Shown piece after piece: positions 12,317 to 23,310 of a stretch of DNA of 64,000 nucleotides. Made by a program: the position numbers and the translations under genes. Below the pieces are notes generated by a model. It was not told the DNA's origin. It saw only the letters and a list, made by a program, of their open reading frames with translations, and ran no database searches. The DNA comes from Lepidodermella squamata (lineage: Eukaryota > Animalia > Gastrotricha): assembly GCA_047495785.1 (NCBI GenBank), contig JBLDXI010000046.1:186001-250000 (forward strand), written 5' to 3'. The first letter of the stretch is position 1, and each line of letters opens with the position of its first letter.

Positions 12317-14725
12317 ATGATCTTTGGAAACGCCTATTTTCACCTCCTTGTCCTTACTGGATTAGCATTTAAAAATGCCGAATCGGTTGTTTCGAAGCCA
12401 TACCGGCTTTCAGTGTTTAGCTCCTTTGTCATGACGGGAGCTGAACCTTCCACGTCCCAATGCTGCGTATCGGCTACGAAATTCGTAGTTGAAAATGTCA
12501 ACAATCGAACCGATATCCTGCCCGATTACCACCTCGATCTGTTTGTTGAAGACGAAAAACTGACCAATTGGATGGGGCCAAGGCTTTTTATGAAGTACCT
12601 TGACAACTATTACGCAAAGCAGCCAGCGGATGGTCGGACTTACTTATCCCCTGTTATGCTAGGTCCAATGTCTGTTTGCAACAATTACGCTCTTGTGGCT
12701 AAGGCCTTTGGATTTTCAATGTTTTCCTCTGCCTGCAACGGACCTCAAATCGGTTGGAGAAGGTGGCTGTATCCAAATGTTTACAGCAGCCGAAGTTCAA
12801 CTGATGAGTACATGATGGCTTGGATAAAGGTGGTTAAAGAGGTCGGAAATTGGAAGCAAGTCGGAATTCTCCACAACGCGGGGAACCCTAGCGACGTGTC
12901 TTACACCCTGGTCCTCGAACGACTTTTTGTCCAAAACGGGGTTGACGTCATCTATTCAGACGTGGCAAATCTTTTCTCGGAAGAGTTTGTAATTGCTGCG
13001 AAACAGAGCAGAGCTCGTATTTTCGTGATTGGTTCCTCGCAGCTATCTCCGTGCGTCAATTTTCTGTGCTGGGCGTACAAGCATGGGATGCGAGCTCCCC
13101 GTTACGCTTTCATCGCTGCTTACTTTTGCTACATCCACCCAGATACGGTTACACAGTGCCCTGTTGAACATATTATAGCAATGTTGAGGATCACTTTTTA
13201 CGTCGGACTATTTACAAACCCTCTACGGCCGTTGGACATTACAACTAGCTTAGGTTATACAGCACGGCAGTATGACGAAGCATTTTTGAGGTATACCAAC
13301 TATACAAAATGTATAGATTGGGAGTATCGACTCAGCTGCCATGACTCAGCTATGGCTGGATTGATCACCTTAGATAGGACTGAAGAATTTCTGAGGCGGA
13401 ATTTCAACACAAACTTGCGAGATATCCAAAGTGATCTGAAAATAATGCCAGAATTGGTAGGTAACACTGTCAAAAGGTCCGAGATGATTGGCGTGCTTAA
13501 AGGTTCGATGCGATACGCACAAACTGGAGACCTAATTGGGGATGCTATTTTCATAGGACACCGCTGGTCTCAAAACATATCAAAATTTTACTATACAATG
13601 GAAAGAATCGACCAGCGAATAACAGATCCTTTTAATTACTCGAATTTCGAGCTGAAAAGATTCCCGACAAATGATACTTTGGTTTGGTTTACAAAGTCCG
13701 GCCGACCCCCGAAAGACCTCTCGGAAATTCAGCAGAGGAAAGTCATTTACCCTTTTAAAACTATGACTGCAGTGACTGCTATTTCCGTGGCATGTATCCT
13801 TTACCTTCTTATTTTGGCCGTTTTAATGGGAAAGAGTCAGACGGACATTGTAACCAAAAAATATTTCGATTATCCTAGCAATTCGATCCTATTAGCTGGT
13901 TGCTTGTTTATGGTTATTCAGTCGCTTTTAATGGCTATTGGAAATACTCACTTCCCAGAGGCATTGTGTAGCTGGCGGAAAGTTTTCCTTCTACTTGGCC
14001 TGGCGCTTGTAAACGGGGTGATATGTTTTCGAATTATTTTCTTGCCGAACTTCATTCGAAAACATGCAAAGCGCAGGAAACGTCGATCAAGGGCTATTAG
14101 GCTCAGGATGTATGTCTTGAAGAGACCTGTTGAGGAGACTAAGTCCTCAACTCTAGTTACTGAACCAAAACGTTATCGTTTTACTTCTTTACTCTGCTGT
14201 GCCAGATCGCCCAAGACTGAGGGAACTTCAACGACAAATCATTCGACGGGAGATCAAAAAACTGTATTAGGAACAATAGTTTTACTTTCAATTACTCTTC
14301 TCTGTGTGCTCGCTTGGTCAATTTTGCACCCTGTCAAGCTGATATCACGAATTTCGCCGCCACAGTTTGACGACGAGATGGATACTTATTTCGAAATTCG
14401 TGATGAATTCTGCTATTCACCTTTTCAAATTTACTGGATAGCAACATTTCTTGTCATTCACGTTTTCCTTCTAATTATTGGATGCTTTTTTGCATACGAA
14501 ACACGTCACTCGAAGGTGGGCAAGGCGCTTGTGATGCACGTTAGATTGGCCAGGTTGTCTGTTTTGAATGCTACAACTATGGTTTTGGCTACAATTCTGC
14601 TTGTGTTTTCGGTGCCTGACGCGGGAGTCTACCTTCAGGCTACTGTGTTTAGTATTTGCTGTTTGATATACGCTGTGAGCTCCGCGACCATTTCTTTATT
14701 TACAATTTTGAAGTATCATCCGTAA
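12317..14725 (+). CDS. Class C GPCR, GABA-B-like, intronless
   Basis: Same motifs (NNRTDILPDY, GRPPKD, GCFFAYETR). ATG at 12317. Confidence 0.9.
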   Translation: MIFGNAYFHLLVLTGLAFKNAESVVSKPYRLSVFSSFVMTGAEPSTSQCCVSATKFVVENVNNRTDILPDYHLDLFVEDEKLTNWMGPRLFMKYLDNYYAKQPADGRTYLSPVMLGPMSVCNNYALVAKAFGFSMFSSACNGPQIGWRRWLYPNVYSSRSSTDEYMMAWIKVVKEVGNWKQVGILHNAGNPSDVSYTLVLERLFVQNGVDVIYSDVANLFSEEFVIAAKQSRARIFVIGSSQLSPCVNFLCWAYKHGMRAPRYAFIAAYFCYIHPDTVTQCPVEHIIAMLRITFYVGLFTNPLRPLDITTSLGYTARQYDEAFLRYTNYTKCIDWEYRLSCHDSAMAGLITLDRTEEFLRRNFNTNLRDIQSDLKIMPELVGNTVKRSEMIGVLKGSMRYAQTGDLIGDAIFIGHRWSQNISKFYYTMERIDQRITDPFNYSNFELKRFPTNDTLVWFTKSGRPPKDLSEIQQRKVIYPFKTMTAVTAISVACILYLLILAVLMGKSQTDIVTKKYFDYPSNSILLAGCLFMVIQSLLMAIGNTHFPEALCSWRKVFLLLGLALVNGVICFRIIFLPNFIRKHAKRRKRRSRAIRLRMYVLKRPVEETKSSTLVTEPKRYRFTSLLCCARSPKTEGTSTTNHSTGDQKTVLGTIVLLSITLLCVLAWSILHPVKLISRISPPQFDDEMDTYFEIRDEFCYSPFQIYWIATFLVIHVFLLIIGCFFAYETRHSKVGKALVMHVRLARLSVLNATTMVLATILLVFSVPDAGVYLQATVFSICCLIYAVSSATISLFTILKYHP

Positions 14726-14909
14726 TTCCAAAATAAATAATCCGTGAGGACTTGAGACAAAGGTATCTTGTAGGCAATGGAAAATGGAAGAAAGAATTGT
14801 GCAAACAACGATCAATCAATGAAACAGTTTGAGAGATAATGAATTTACTGAAACATGGGTGGAAATGAAGTATTGTTTTTGTATGCTATTACAGCATAAC
14901 GCATAAACA

Positions 14910-14987
14910 GCCTTTTTTACCTCCTTATCCTGATTGAAATGGCCGTTAAAAATGGGCAGTTCGGCAGTTTCGAAGCCTTATCGACTT
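14910..14987 (+). pseudogene. 5' fragment of a GPCR paralogue
   Basis: GCCTTTTTTACCTCCTTATCCTGATTGAAATGGCCGTTAAAAAT...TTTCGAAGCCTTATCGACTT matches 15907-15984 with an indel, then breaks off. Confidence 0.75.
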
Positions 14988-15891
14988 ACACGGTGTTTTC
15001 ACGGCTTAAAGGACGATATCAGAATTTTGTACTTCGACAGTGACAGTAATTTCAGCTAGACCTGTTGTGTTAGGGATCTTCATGGGAGTAATTTAGAATC
15101 TGAAAATACCTATGATGTAGGTATTGTAGTCAGGTACTAAACAATCGGCTGAAATCAGCTGGGATGATATTGGTGATTGATACCCTTTTTCGCACACGTT
15201 CTTACCAGAAAAGCGGGTTTCAAACTCGTGTTTGGGGTCTCCGAAAAAAGCTAAGAATAAGAAGCAACGACTAACCATTCTACCGCCCAAATACTACCAC
15301 CTTGCAACAACATTCATTCGAGCTGCGATACCTACAATGCCCTACTGCCCAGTCTCAAAAGCCTCGCAAAGATCTAACATGAGATTGGCCTGAAGGACGA
15401 ATATCCATCGATATAACCGATGTGTAATCCGCCTGATTTTGCACTGATTTTGAGGGTCCTGCAGTGTGGAGCCAACCAGCCACTGCAGCCGCCGGTATCT
15501 GTACAATTTGATTGTTTTTCCGGAAGTAAATCTGTTGGTCAGAATCAGAACACTGATCAGCCGCTCTTAAATGTAGCAAAATTGTAAAATGGACTTCTCA
15601 GTCGCGTTTATTTTTACGTTGTGTTACTTGAGTTGAGCAGCCTGTAATGTGTAACATTTTGCTACGAATAGCTAAATCAATTAATAAATGCGTGATACTA
15701 ATGATTTCACGCATGTTAAGAGAGCCATTAATCGATAAACTTACCCCTAAGATTTTGTAAATATATGATCTTCTTAAATCGCATGTCGGGTCTAACTAAT
15801 ATGACGAGAATCGTTTTTTCCTTATAATATTTAATGGTTTGGACTTGATATACTTGATTTTGCTCGTGAACTGTACAATAATATCTCTGAA

Positions 15892-18279
15892 ATGATTCTA
15901 GAGAAGGCCTTTTTTCACTTCCTTTTCCTTACTGAAATAGCCGTTAAAAATGCCAAATCGGTTGTTTCGAAGCCTTATCGACTTTCAGTGTTTAGTTCCT
16001 TTCTCATAACAGGCGTAGAGCCGTCAACATCCCAGTGCTGCATAGCCGCCACAAAATTCGTTGTTGAAAACATCAACAATCGAACTGACATACTACCAGA
16101 TTATCATCTCGATTTGTTAGTCGAGGACGAAAAGTTCAATAATTGGATGGGGCCAAGGCTTTTCATGAAATATCTTGACGACTACGAGAAGCAAGCCTCA
16201 GATGGTCGGACATACTTGTCACCCGTCACGCTAGGTCCAATGTCGGTTTGCAACAATTATGCTCCTGCGGCGAAGGCGTTGGGATTTTCAATGTTTTCCA
16301 CGAATTGCAACGGACCTCAAATCGTGAGGAATAGATGGCTGTATCCAAATATCAACAGCAGCCGAAGCTCAAGCGATGAGTACATGATTGCGTGGATTAA
16401 GGTGGTTAAAGAGATTGGGAACTGGAAGCAAGTCGGAATTCTCCACAGTTCGGCAAACCCTAATGATCTCGCTTACACCTTGGTCCTCGAGCGGCTTTTT
16501 GTCCAAAACGGGGTTGACGTCATCTACTCAGATGTGACAAATCTTTTTTCGGAAGAGTTTGTTATCGCTGCGAAGCAGAGCAGAGCTCGTATTTTCGCGA
16601 TTGGGTCTGGTCAACTTCCTCTATGCGCAAATTTGCTATGCTGGGCGTACAAGCATGGTATGCGAGCTCCTCGATACGTTTTTATCCTATCATACTTTTG
16701 CTATATGCCCCCAGATACGGTGACGCAATGCCCTTTGGAACACATTATAGCTATGCTGAGAATAACTTTCTTCGTCGGATTTTTTACGAACCCTCTACGG
16801 CCATTGGACATTACAACTAGTCTCGGCTATACCGCCCGGCAGTATGACGAAGCATTTTTGAAGTATATGCACTATACACGATGCATAGATTGGGAGTATC
16901 GCCTCAACTGCCACGATTCAGCTATGACAGGTTTAATCGTCCTAGATAGGACTGAAGCTTTTTTGAAGCGAAGTTTCAACAAAACCTTGCGTGATATCCA
17001 AAGTGATTTGAAAATGATGCCAGAAATGGTTGGTAAAATTGTCACTGAGTCTGAAATGTTTGGTGTGGTTCGAGGTTCCATTAGATACTCCTCACTAACT
17101 CGGGACCTAATCGGGGATCCCGTTTTTATAGGACATCGCTGGACTCAAAATGTATCGAAATTTTACTATACAATGGAAAGAATCGACCAGCGAATAACAG
17201 ATCCTTTTAATTACTCGAATTTCGAGCTGAAAAGATTCCCGACAAATGATACTTTGGTTTGGTTTACAAAGTCCGGCCGACCCCCGAAAGACCTCTCGGA
17301 AATTCAGCAGAGGAAAGTAATTTACCCTTGGAGAACTATGATAGCTGTGACTGCTATTTCGGTGGCATGTATCCTATATCTACTGATTTTGGCGGTTCTA
17401 ATGGTAAGAAGAAGGAATGGGCATGTAACTAGAAGATACTTCGATTATCCAAGCAATTCGATCCTCTTAATTGGTTGCTCATTTATGGTGATTCAGTCCG
17501 TTTTAATGGCTCTGGGTAGTACTTACTTCCCAGAAGCGCTGTGTAGCTGGCGAAAGGTTTTCCTTCTACTTGGCCTGGCTCTGGTTAATGGGGTGATATG
17601 CTTTCGAATGATTTTCTTGCCAAGTTTCATCCGAAAACATGCGAAGCTCGTGAAACTTCAAACAAGAAGTACGAATTTCAGGATGAGTGGTTCAGATAAT
17701 TCAGTCAAGTCGACTAAACCAAAACTTTATCGTTCAGCTTCTTTACTTTGCTGTGCAAGACCGGCCAAGCCTGAGGAGATTTCAACAGTAAATCTTCTTG
17801 CGGGAGATCGAAAAACTGTAATCGGCACTTCGCTGCTGTTTGCGGTCACGCTTTTCTGCGTTATCGCCTGGTCTATCTTGCACCCAGTCAAGCTGATTTC
17901 ACGCTTTTCCCCGCTTCAATTTGACGACGAGGGCGATACGTATTTTGAAGTTCGTGACGAATTCTGCTATTCACCTTTTCAGATCTACTGGATAGCAACA
18001 TTTCTAGTGATTCATATTTTCCTGCTAATTATCGGATGCTTTTTCGCGTATGAAACACGCCACTCGAATGTAAGCAAGAAGCTTGTCATGCACGTTAGAT
18101 TAGCCAGACTGTCTGTTGTGAATGCTACGACCATGGTTTTGGCTACGATTTTGCTAGTGCTTTCAGTCCCTGACGCAGGAGTTTACCTTCAGGTTACTGT
18201 GTTTAGTATTTGTTGCTTAATATACGCCGTCAGCTCAGCGACAATTTCACTGTTTACTATTTTCGAAAGATGTACGTAA
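15892..18279 (+). CDS. Class C GPCR, GABA-B-like, intronless; close paralogue of 12317-14725
   Basis: Collinear protein sequence. Upstream region 15690-15870 is homologous to 12105-12300. Confidence 0.9.
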   Translation: MILEKAFFHFLFLTEIAVKNAKSVVSKPYRLSVFSSFLITGVEPSTSQCCIAATKFVVENINNRTDILPDYHLDLLVEDEKFNNWMGPRLFMKYLDDYEKQASDGRTYLSPVTLGPMSVCNNYAPAAKALGFSMFSTNCNGPQIVRNRWLYPNINSSRSSSDEYMIAWIKVVKEIGNWKQVGILHSSANPNDLAYTLVLERLFVQNGVDVIYSDVTNLFSEEFVIAAKQSRARIFAIGSGQLPLCANLLCWAYKHGMRAPRYVFILSYFCYMPPDTVTQCPLEHIIAMLRITFFVGFFTNPLRPLDITTSLGYTARQYDEAFLKYMHYTRCIDWEYRLNCHDSAMTGLIVLDRTEAFLKRSFNKTLRDIQSDLKMMPEMVGKIVTESEMFGVVRGSIRYSSLTRDLIGDPVFIGHRWTQNVSKFYYTMERIDQRITDPFNYSNFELKRFPTNDTLVWFTKSGRPPKDLSEIQQRKVIYPWRTMIAVTAISVACILYLLILAVLMVRRRNGHVTRRYFDYPSNSILLIGCSFMVIQSVLMALGSTYFPEALCSWRKVFLLLGLALVNGVICFRMIFLPSFIRKHAKLVKLQTRSTNFRMSGSDNSVKSTKPKLYRSASLLCCARPAKPEEISTVNLLAGDRKTVIGTSLLFAVTLFCVIAWSILHPVKLISRFSPLQFDDEGDTYFEVRDEFCYSPFQIYWIATFLVIHIFLLIIGCFFAYETRHSNVSKKLVMHVRLARLSVVNATTMVLATILLVLSVPDAGVYLQVTVFSICCLIYAVSSATISLFTIFERCT

Positions 18280-18643
18280 TTTATTTGTAATAACGCATGG
18301 ACGAAAGGTAACTCGATTGGATAATTGAATTTGAAGCAATGAACTTGAGGGATTTTTTTTGAAAAAGCTAGAAAATTAGATAAGTATTTTTGCATACATT
18401 TTCAGACAGCCGAACCATATTTCCATCTTGCAAATCCTATTTATTCCACATTAATCGGATAATTTATCTTACATTTTCTTCACATTGTGATAAAGCCGGT
18501 TTGAATTATGCTGATAAGAGGTTTTTATCAGGATTTTCGAGAATTCTAGAACAATTTTTTACTTGGGGAAAACTTTATTGGAGCCCTATCTTAAGGTAAC
18601 AGTCAGTCTTCAAGATAAAGTCAAGTCGAAGGTTCACACTATT

Positions 18644-19954
18644 TTAAACTAATTGCGAGCCAAACAAAGAAACCATAGTGATTACAGCAAAACTAAAGAA
18701 CTGTCCAGCCGCGCCACTTGTTGTGGTAGGAATAAATGGCGTGGTTCCTTGGTCAGAAGTTGGACCAAATGCGTAGATGAAGCCATCAGAGCCCTGTGCG
18801 TAAATTACCCCGGCCGAAAACGCGTAATGACAATTGAGAAAAAATCCAGGATCAACAATACTGATAGTCGAAGCAACAGTTCCGTCATTTTTGTCGTAAA
18901 TCACAAAACCAGAATACGATTGGCCGATTACATAGTCATTCAAAACTATAGGATTGCAAGCTGTAGGCGCAGGCGGGTCAGACGCTGCAAGGCTAATTGA
19001 CGTAATAAAATAGCCACTAGCAACGAGAAACTTCCCAAGAACAAAATGATCACCCTTCTGGCATCTGCGGTATACAACTTCGCCATCGGTGGCATAACTG
19101 AAAAAGCTGTCGCAGATTAAGCCGTCTTCATCTGCCGTCCATTTCCAAGCTTTTTTATCGATATCAATAGCTATCATTTGAGTTTTATTCCTCGTAATTG
19201 CGATATTCCCGGTTATCATAGGTGCTTGATTTGCTGGGCTGTCTTCAAGTGGGATGTCAACACTCCACAGCTTATTGCCATTCTTCGTTGCGTCATATTC
19301 AGCGACAGCATCGTTAGTCGAGCTCGCCGTCAGTCCGATCAATCGATTATAGTGCGAGAGGGATAGGTAATAAGGAATATCGAGAGAAGAGACACCAAAT
19401 GGTGTTCTCTGCAGCCCTGTTTGGAAGTCCAGTCCGACCAACCCACCGCTTATCCCATCGGCTGTATAAGCGACGACTAGATCTTTCAACCCTGTAACTG
19501 GCATTATATCGCGAATACGACCCGGCAGTTTTTGAGACCATATGACACCCTCCTTCCCAGCGACAAGGCTGATTGCGACAATTTGCCCGTCAATATCTGC
19601 GAGGAACATGAGTTGACTTTCAGGCTCAATCACCTGATACGATGCTGTCCAGTTCACCTTGACCTTGATCTGATTGATAAGAGCACCGTCTTTAGAAGCG
19701 ATAATTGCCAAATCGCCGTCGCCCGTTGTAGCGTAAATTTTCTTGTTGAGGACAAAAACTCGACTAAGGCCTAGCAGGGTAGACACGGGCTTGCGAGTCC
19801 ATAAAATGTCAATTTTGTTAACAGGGCCCAAGGTAAATGGCTTGAATCCTGTATGGGCGTAATCGCCTCCCTCGTCGATCCAATCATCAACAGCCGCGTG
19901 TGCCTGGCACAGCAAAGGTATCAAGAAAATGGTAGATCCTAGACTTAGTCTCAT
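18644..19954 (-). CDS. Secreted, probably GPI-anchored PQQ-like (BamB-type) beta-propeller protein, intronless
   Basis: Start MRLSLGSTIFLIPLLCQAHA (signal peptide). W...GGD..HTG N-terminal motif. Repeated G.l.a.d..tG...W blades. Thr-rich linker and hydrophobic C-terminal tail (SGAAGQFFSFAVITMVSLFGSQLV). Confidence 0.75.
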   Translation of the reverse strand: MRLSLGSTIFLIPLLCQAHAAVDDWIDEGGDYAHTGFKPFTLGPVNKIDILWTRKPVSTLLGLSRVFVLNKKIYATTGDGDLAIIASKDGALINQIKVKVNWTASYQVIEPESQLMFLADIDGQIVAISLVAGKEGVIWSQKLPGRIRDIMPVTGLKDLVVAYTADGISGGLVGLDFQTGLQRTPFGVSSLDIPYYLSLSHYNRLIGLTASSTNDAVAEYDATKNGNKLWSVDIPLEDSPANQAPMITGNIAITRNKTQMIAIDIDKKAWKWTADEDGLICDSFFSYATDGEVVYRRCQKGDHFVLGKFLVASGYFITSISLAASDPPAPTACNPIVLNDYVIGQSYSGFVIYDKNDGTVASTISIVDPGFFLNCHYAFSAGVIYAQGSDGFIYAFGPTSDQGTTPFIPTTTSGAAGQFFSFAVITMVSLFGSQLV

Positions 19955-20559
19955 TTTTTGCCAGTCAAAAAAGTTATTCCATGAACTGAAATACATAGAA
20001 TAGTCGCCCGGTCTCTCAGCCTTATCAAATCTTATCTGAATAAGGCCATCCGCTAGAAAAGGAATGATAATATATGTCGGTGATTTGATTTGTACAGCCC
20101 AGCGTAGTGGCATTTCAAGTGTGACTTGTCGCGCAAGTTATCAGCAATATCATTGCGGAGTGATAACTAAAAGGCCAAGCAATTAAGTGCGTAGAAACAC
20201 TTTTTTGTTGGAAGGCGGACAACGTTATGTTGTCATTTCCATTTTCAGGTCAAAAACGTGAGTTATGCATATTGGGGCGGGAAAAGTTTTGAAGTTATGC
20301 ATCAAAACGGCCCCAATGGTGCATAATCGTGGCTCACTTCGGCTGATCAACAATAATGGCTCATCGGCAATATGTTGCATGATCGTGTGCTTTTGTGGGG
20401 TGACTAACGGCTGAAGAGAAACAAATTTTCAAAATGTTTACCCGGCATTTATGCATCATTAGGAGAGGAGAGGAATTACTACACATTTTAAAACTTTCAA
20501 TTTTGTGGCTATGCTTATTTTATCTGTTACATATCAAATTGTTAAGAGCGCCAAACAGC

Positions 20560-21300
20560 TGCCAGCTTTCGCTTGGCGAGCTTTGATTTCCTCGTCCATT
20601 TTACCGTCTGATGTGATGATGCTACAGATGATGTAACCTTCTCCAATAATTTCCCATCTAGTTCCAGTTGATAATTTTCCTAGCGCGCGACTCTAGTGGA
20701 TGTCAAAAAAGTGTTTTTCATAATTTTATATTGTTCGCTGAGGCTTTTAGGTTTCGATGCTTCATCTGCCGCGTTCAAATTGTGGGTCCCATGAATTTGT
20801 TCGTTGTAGAAAGCCTTAAACTTATCTTGGCGCAAAATGTTATTTTTTCTACTTTGCCAGTAGTGCGCCCTAGGTCTGCTGTAGTAGCACGGGAATTTGA
20901 ATTTAGCAACCACAAGCCGGTGATCTGATTCCAGTATCGGTTCCTGAATGATTTGGCACGATTAAATTTGTTGTTTGTTATCAACAGACGTTAATATGAA
21001 ATCAATCATAGACTTGTATCTACCGTCACCTGACACCAATGAATACCCGCAGTTTGGGAAAAAAGTATTTGTAAAACACAAATTATTACTCGCTGCAAAT
21101 TCAACTCAACAGTTTCCATTCGAGTTTGCAGTTTTGTTTGCATATTCACCAACGATTTTCGAATTCAGTTGGCTTTTTACCTGGCCGTTAAGGTCTCCCA
21201 TGATACCAATTTTACTGGATTTATTCAGTAACCTGTTGTATTCCACGTTTTATTCCACGTGAAAGTCTCACGATAGATCCTAAGCCTGACCGACATATCG
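20560..21300 (-). mobile_element. Degenerate non-LTR (LINE) retrotransposon APE-endonuclease remnant
   Basis: Minus-strand translation through stops and frameshifts gives IGIMGDLNGQV...NSNG...FAASNNLCFTNTFF...DGRYKSMIDFIL...ESDHRLVVAKF, the canonical APE motifs GDxN, IDxI and SDH. No RT is visible. Confidence 0.8.
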
Positions 21301-21329
21301 CTTATATGTCTTATGTCAGCAAATTGTTA

Positions 21330-22016
21330 TCATTTTGCGTCGCCGAAGTAGGCCTGGGCAAGCTGGCCCATGAGTCGAGCGTACGGAAACGGGAGTCCGA
21401 ATGGCTGGAACTGGGTCGCTGGATGTCCTTGAAAGGAGTCAACTGGATGCGTGACTGGCAAAATGGCGTGTTCAAAAAACCCAGCCGTGCTGGCGGCATT
21501 CTCGTGCAATGTGACTTGGATTTTTGCACTTGAAGCACCTGAGATCAGGACAGTCGCGTGCGTAGTGGCCAGATTTATGGCACGTGCGGCATTTGTGTCC
21601 TCGTTTCTTCTGGACATCGCCAGTGTCCTCGTTTTCGCCGTCCGATTCACTGTCCTCATTTTCAGACACGTCCTTTCTTCTGGACATCGGTGTCCTCGTT
21701 TTCAGACACGTCGTTCTCCTCGTTTCCAGACGCCGGGGGGAGCGACCGGTGGTCGAGACGGGCGAGAGACGAATGAAACGAATGAAATCGAGGCGGAACG
21801 AGCCGGTAGGCGAGTCGAGACGAGATTTTACGAGGTGAATGGAGTACTCGATCTATACGATCGCTAATCTCCAGCGATTGCACCATTCGGTGACCCGCAG
21901 GCGCCTTTGCAGGCGGCGTAGTTCACACCATGCGCCCAGTTGAGCGCTTCGTCGGCAAATGTTCCCTTCGCGACGCGATGGGAGCCGTCGTCTGGCTTGG
22001 AATCCTTCGGCTGCAT
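21330..22016 (-). mobile_element. Degenerate gag/ORF1-like region with two CCHC zinc knuckles
   Basis: CRTCHKSGHYARDC and CFKCKNPSHIAREC. Upstream acidic tandem repeats (21595-21735, TGTCCTCGTTT.../CTTCTGGACATCG). Frameshifts and stops. Confidence 0.75.
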
Positions 22017-22244
22017 TTCTGCAGCGTAAAAAAAGAATAGGAGGGGTGAGACGTCAAAACTGCATAAATTTTTGACATTTTTCCTGCGGTTCTTTTATTT
22101 CTTGTGTCAATTATACCGCAATGTTAATAATCCGTTTAATAATTATTCACATTAGTTGGTTTTATTCAGTTACCTACTGTTGCACCAATTCCTCTCTTTC
22201 ACTATCTCTCGCTCTCACACATATTCGCAACTTCAACAGCAATT

Positions 22245-22959
22245 TCAGCTTGCAAATGGTGAAACCGTGTACGTTGCCTGATAAATCACATTGTTACCCG
22301 GAAGTGGGCTGCAGGCTGGGAACAGCTGACACGTTGCTCTAATCGTAGAGTGAACGAAATTAACACACTTCGGGTTCCTGACACAGAGCGTAGCGCAATC
22401 AGCCGGATTTGCCATGGCTGCGTGAAATGAAAGCTCAGGGTTCGAGCAGAAGCTGCCAGCTTTCTGGAAGTAGCTCATCGGAACACCGTCTATACGCGAA
22501 GGAAATGTAAGCATAGTTCAGTTCAACAAACAGTCTTAGCTTACTGTAGCCCCCAGGGTGAGTAGCGTAGTTGGCCTTGTAGCCATCTAGATATGGAGCT
22601 CCCGGGGTTAGCCTCCTATCCAAATTCATGTTAGTGACAGCTGTCGCGGCAACAAGTCTATCGTGGCACTTGGGGAACAGCATGCAGAACCCGTCATGCT
22701 TAGTGTACGTGAAATAGAAGCATCTGTGGTCGGCCAAGCACGCTTTTGCGCAGCCATCGGGTTGTGGTGTGAACAACATTTGCAAGTGTCCCTTAGCGCA
22801 ACGTATCATCGTCTGCTTCGTGAAAAGGCTGAGTGGCTGGGCTAAGAGATACAAACAAATGATCTATATCTGATCAGGAATTAAGTAAAAATTCAACTTA
22901 CTCTGCGCCAAGGTTACCGCTACCAGAGCCGAGGCAACGAATGTTAGCTGGAAAATCAT
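22245..22959 (-). CDS. Small secreted double PAN/Apple-like domain protein
   Basis: Exons 22959-22902 (signal peptide MIFQLTFVASALVAVTLAQ), 22841-22545, 22489-22245. Two C...CA..C.....C..F.Y.....C.L...C modules. Confidence 0.82.
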
Positions 22960-23310
22960 CGTGACGTTGGAATTAACGGAAAATTAAAATGTTGAGAATA
23001 TTCGAAAAAATGCTTTGAAGTGTTCTATGCCAATTGCACGAGCGGTAAATTGTTTGTTTAAACATCTGGCAATGTCTTTTTTCTTCGCCTTAAGCGAAAT
23101 TTCTGAAACGCATGTGATGACGGCGCCTTGGTGAAAGGCCAGATGTTCAAACAAACAATTTCCGCTCGTGCGATTGGCATAGAACACTTCAAAGCATTTT
23201 TTCGAATATTCTCAACATTTTAATTTTCGGTTAATTCCAACGTCACGATGATTCTCCAGCTAACATTCGTTGCCTCGGCTCTGCTAGCGGTAACCTTGGC
23301 GCAAAGTAAG
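22897..23310. repeat. Inverted repeat (~173-bp arms, ~68-bp spacer) carrying the promoter and exon 1 of both flanking genes
   Basis: 22897-23070 is the near-perfect reverse complement of 23139-23310. Confidence 0.95.

Noticed and set aside
9331-17081. Antisense ORFs overlapping the GPCR genes
   Set aside because: These are shadows of the long sense ORFs, with no independent coding signal.
19955-20113. 53-aa N-terminal extension of the propeller ORF
   Set aside because: The signal peptide starts at the ATG at 19954. The upstream open frame is probably UTR or promoter.
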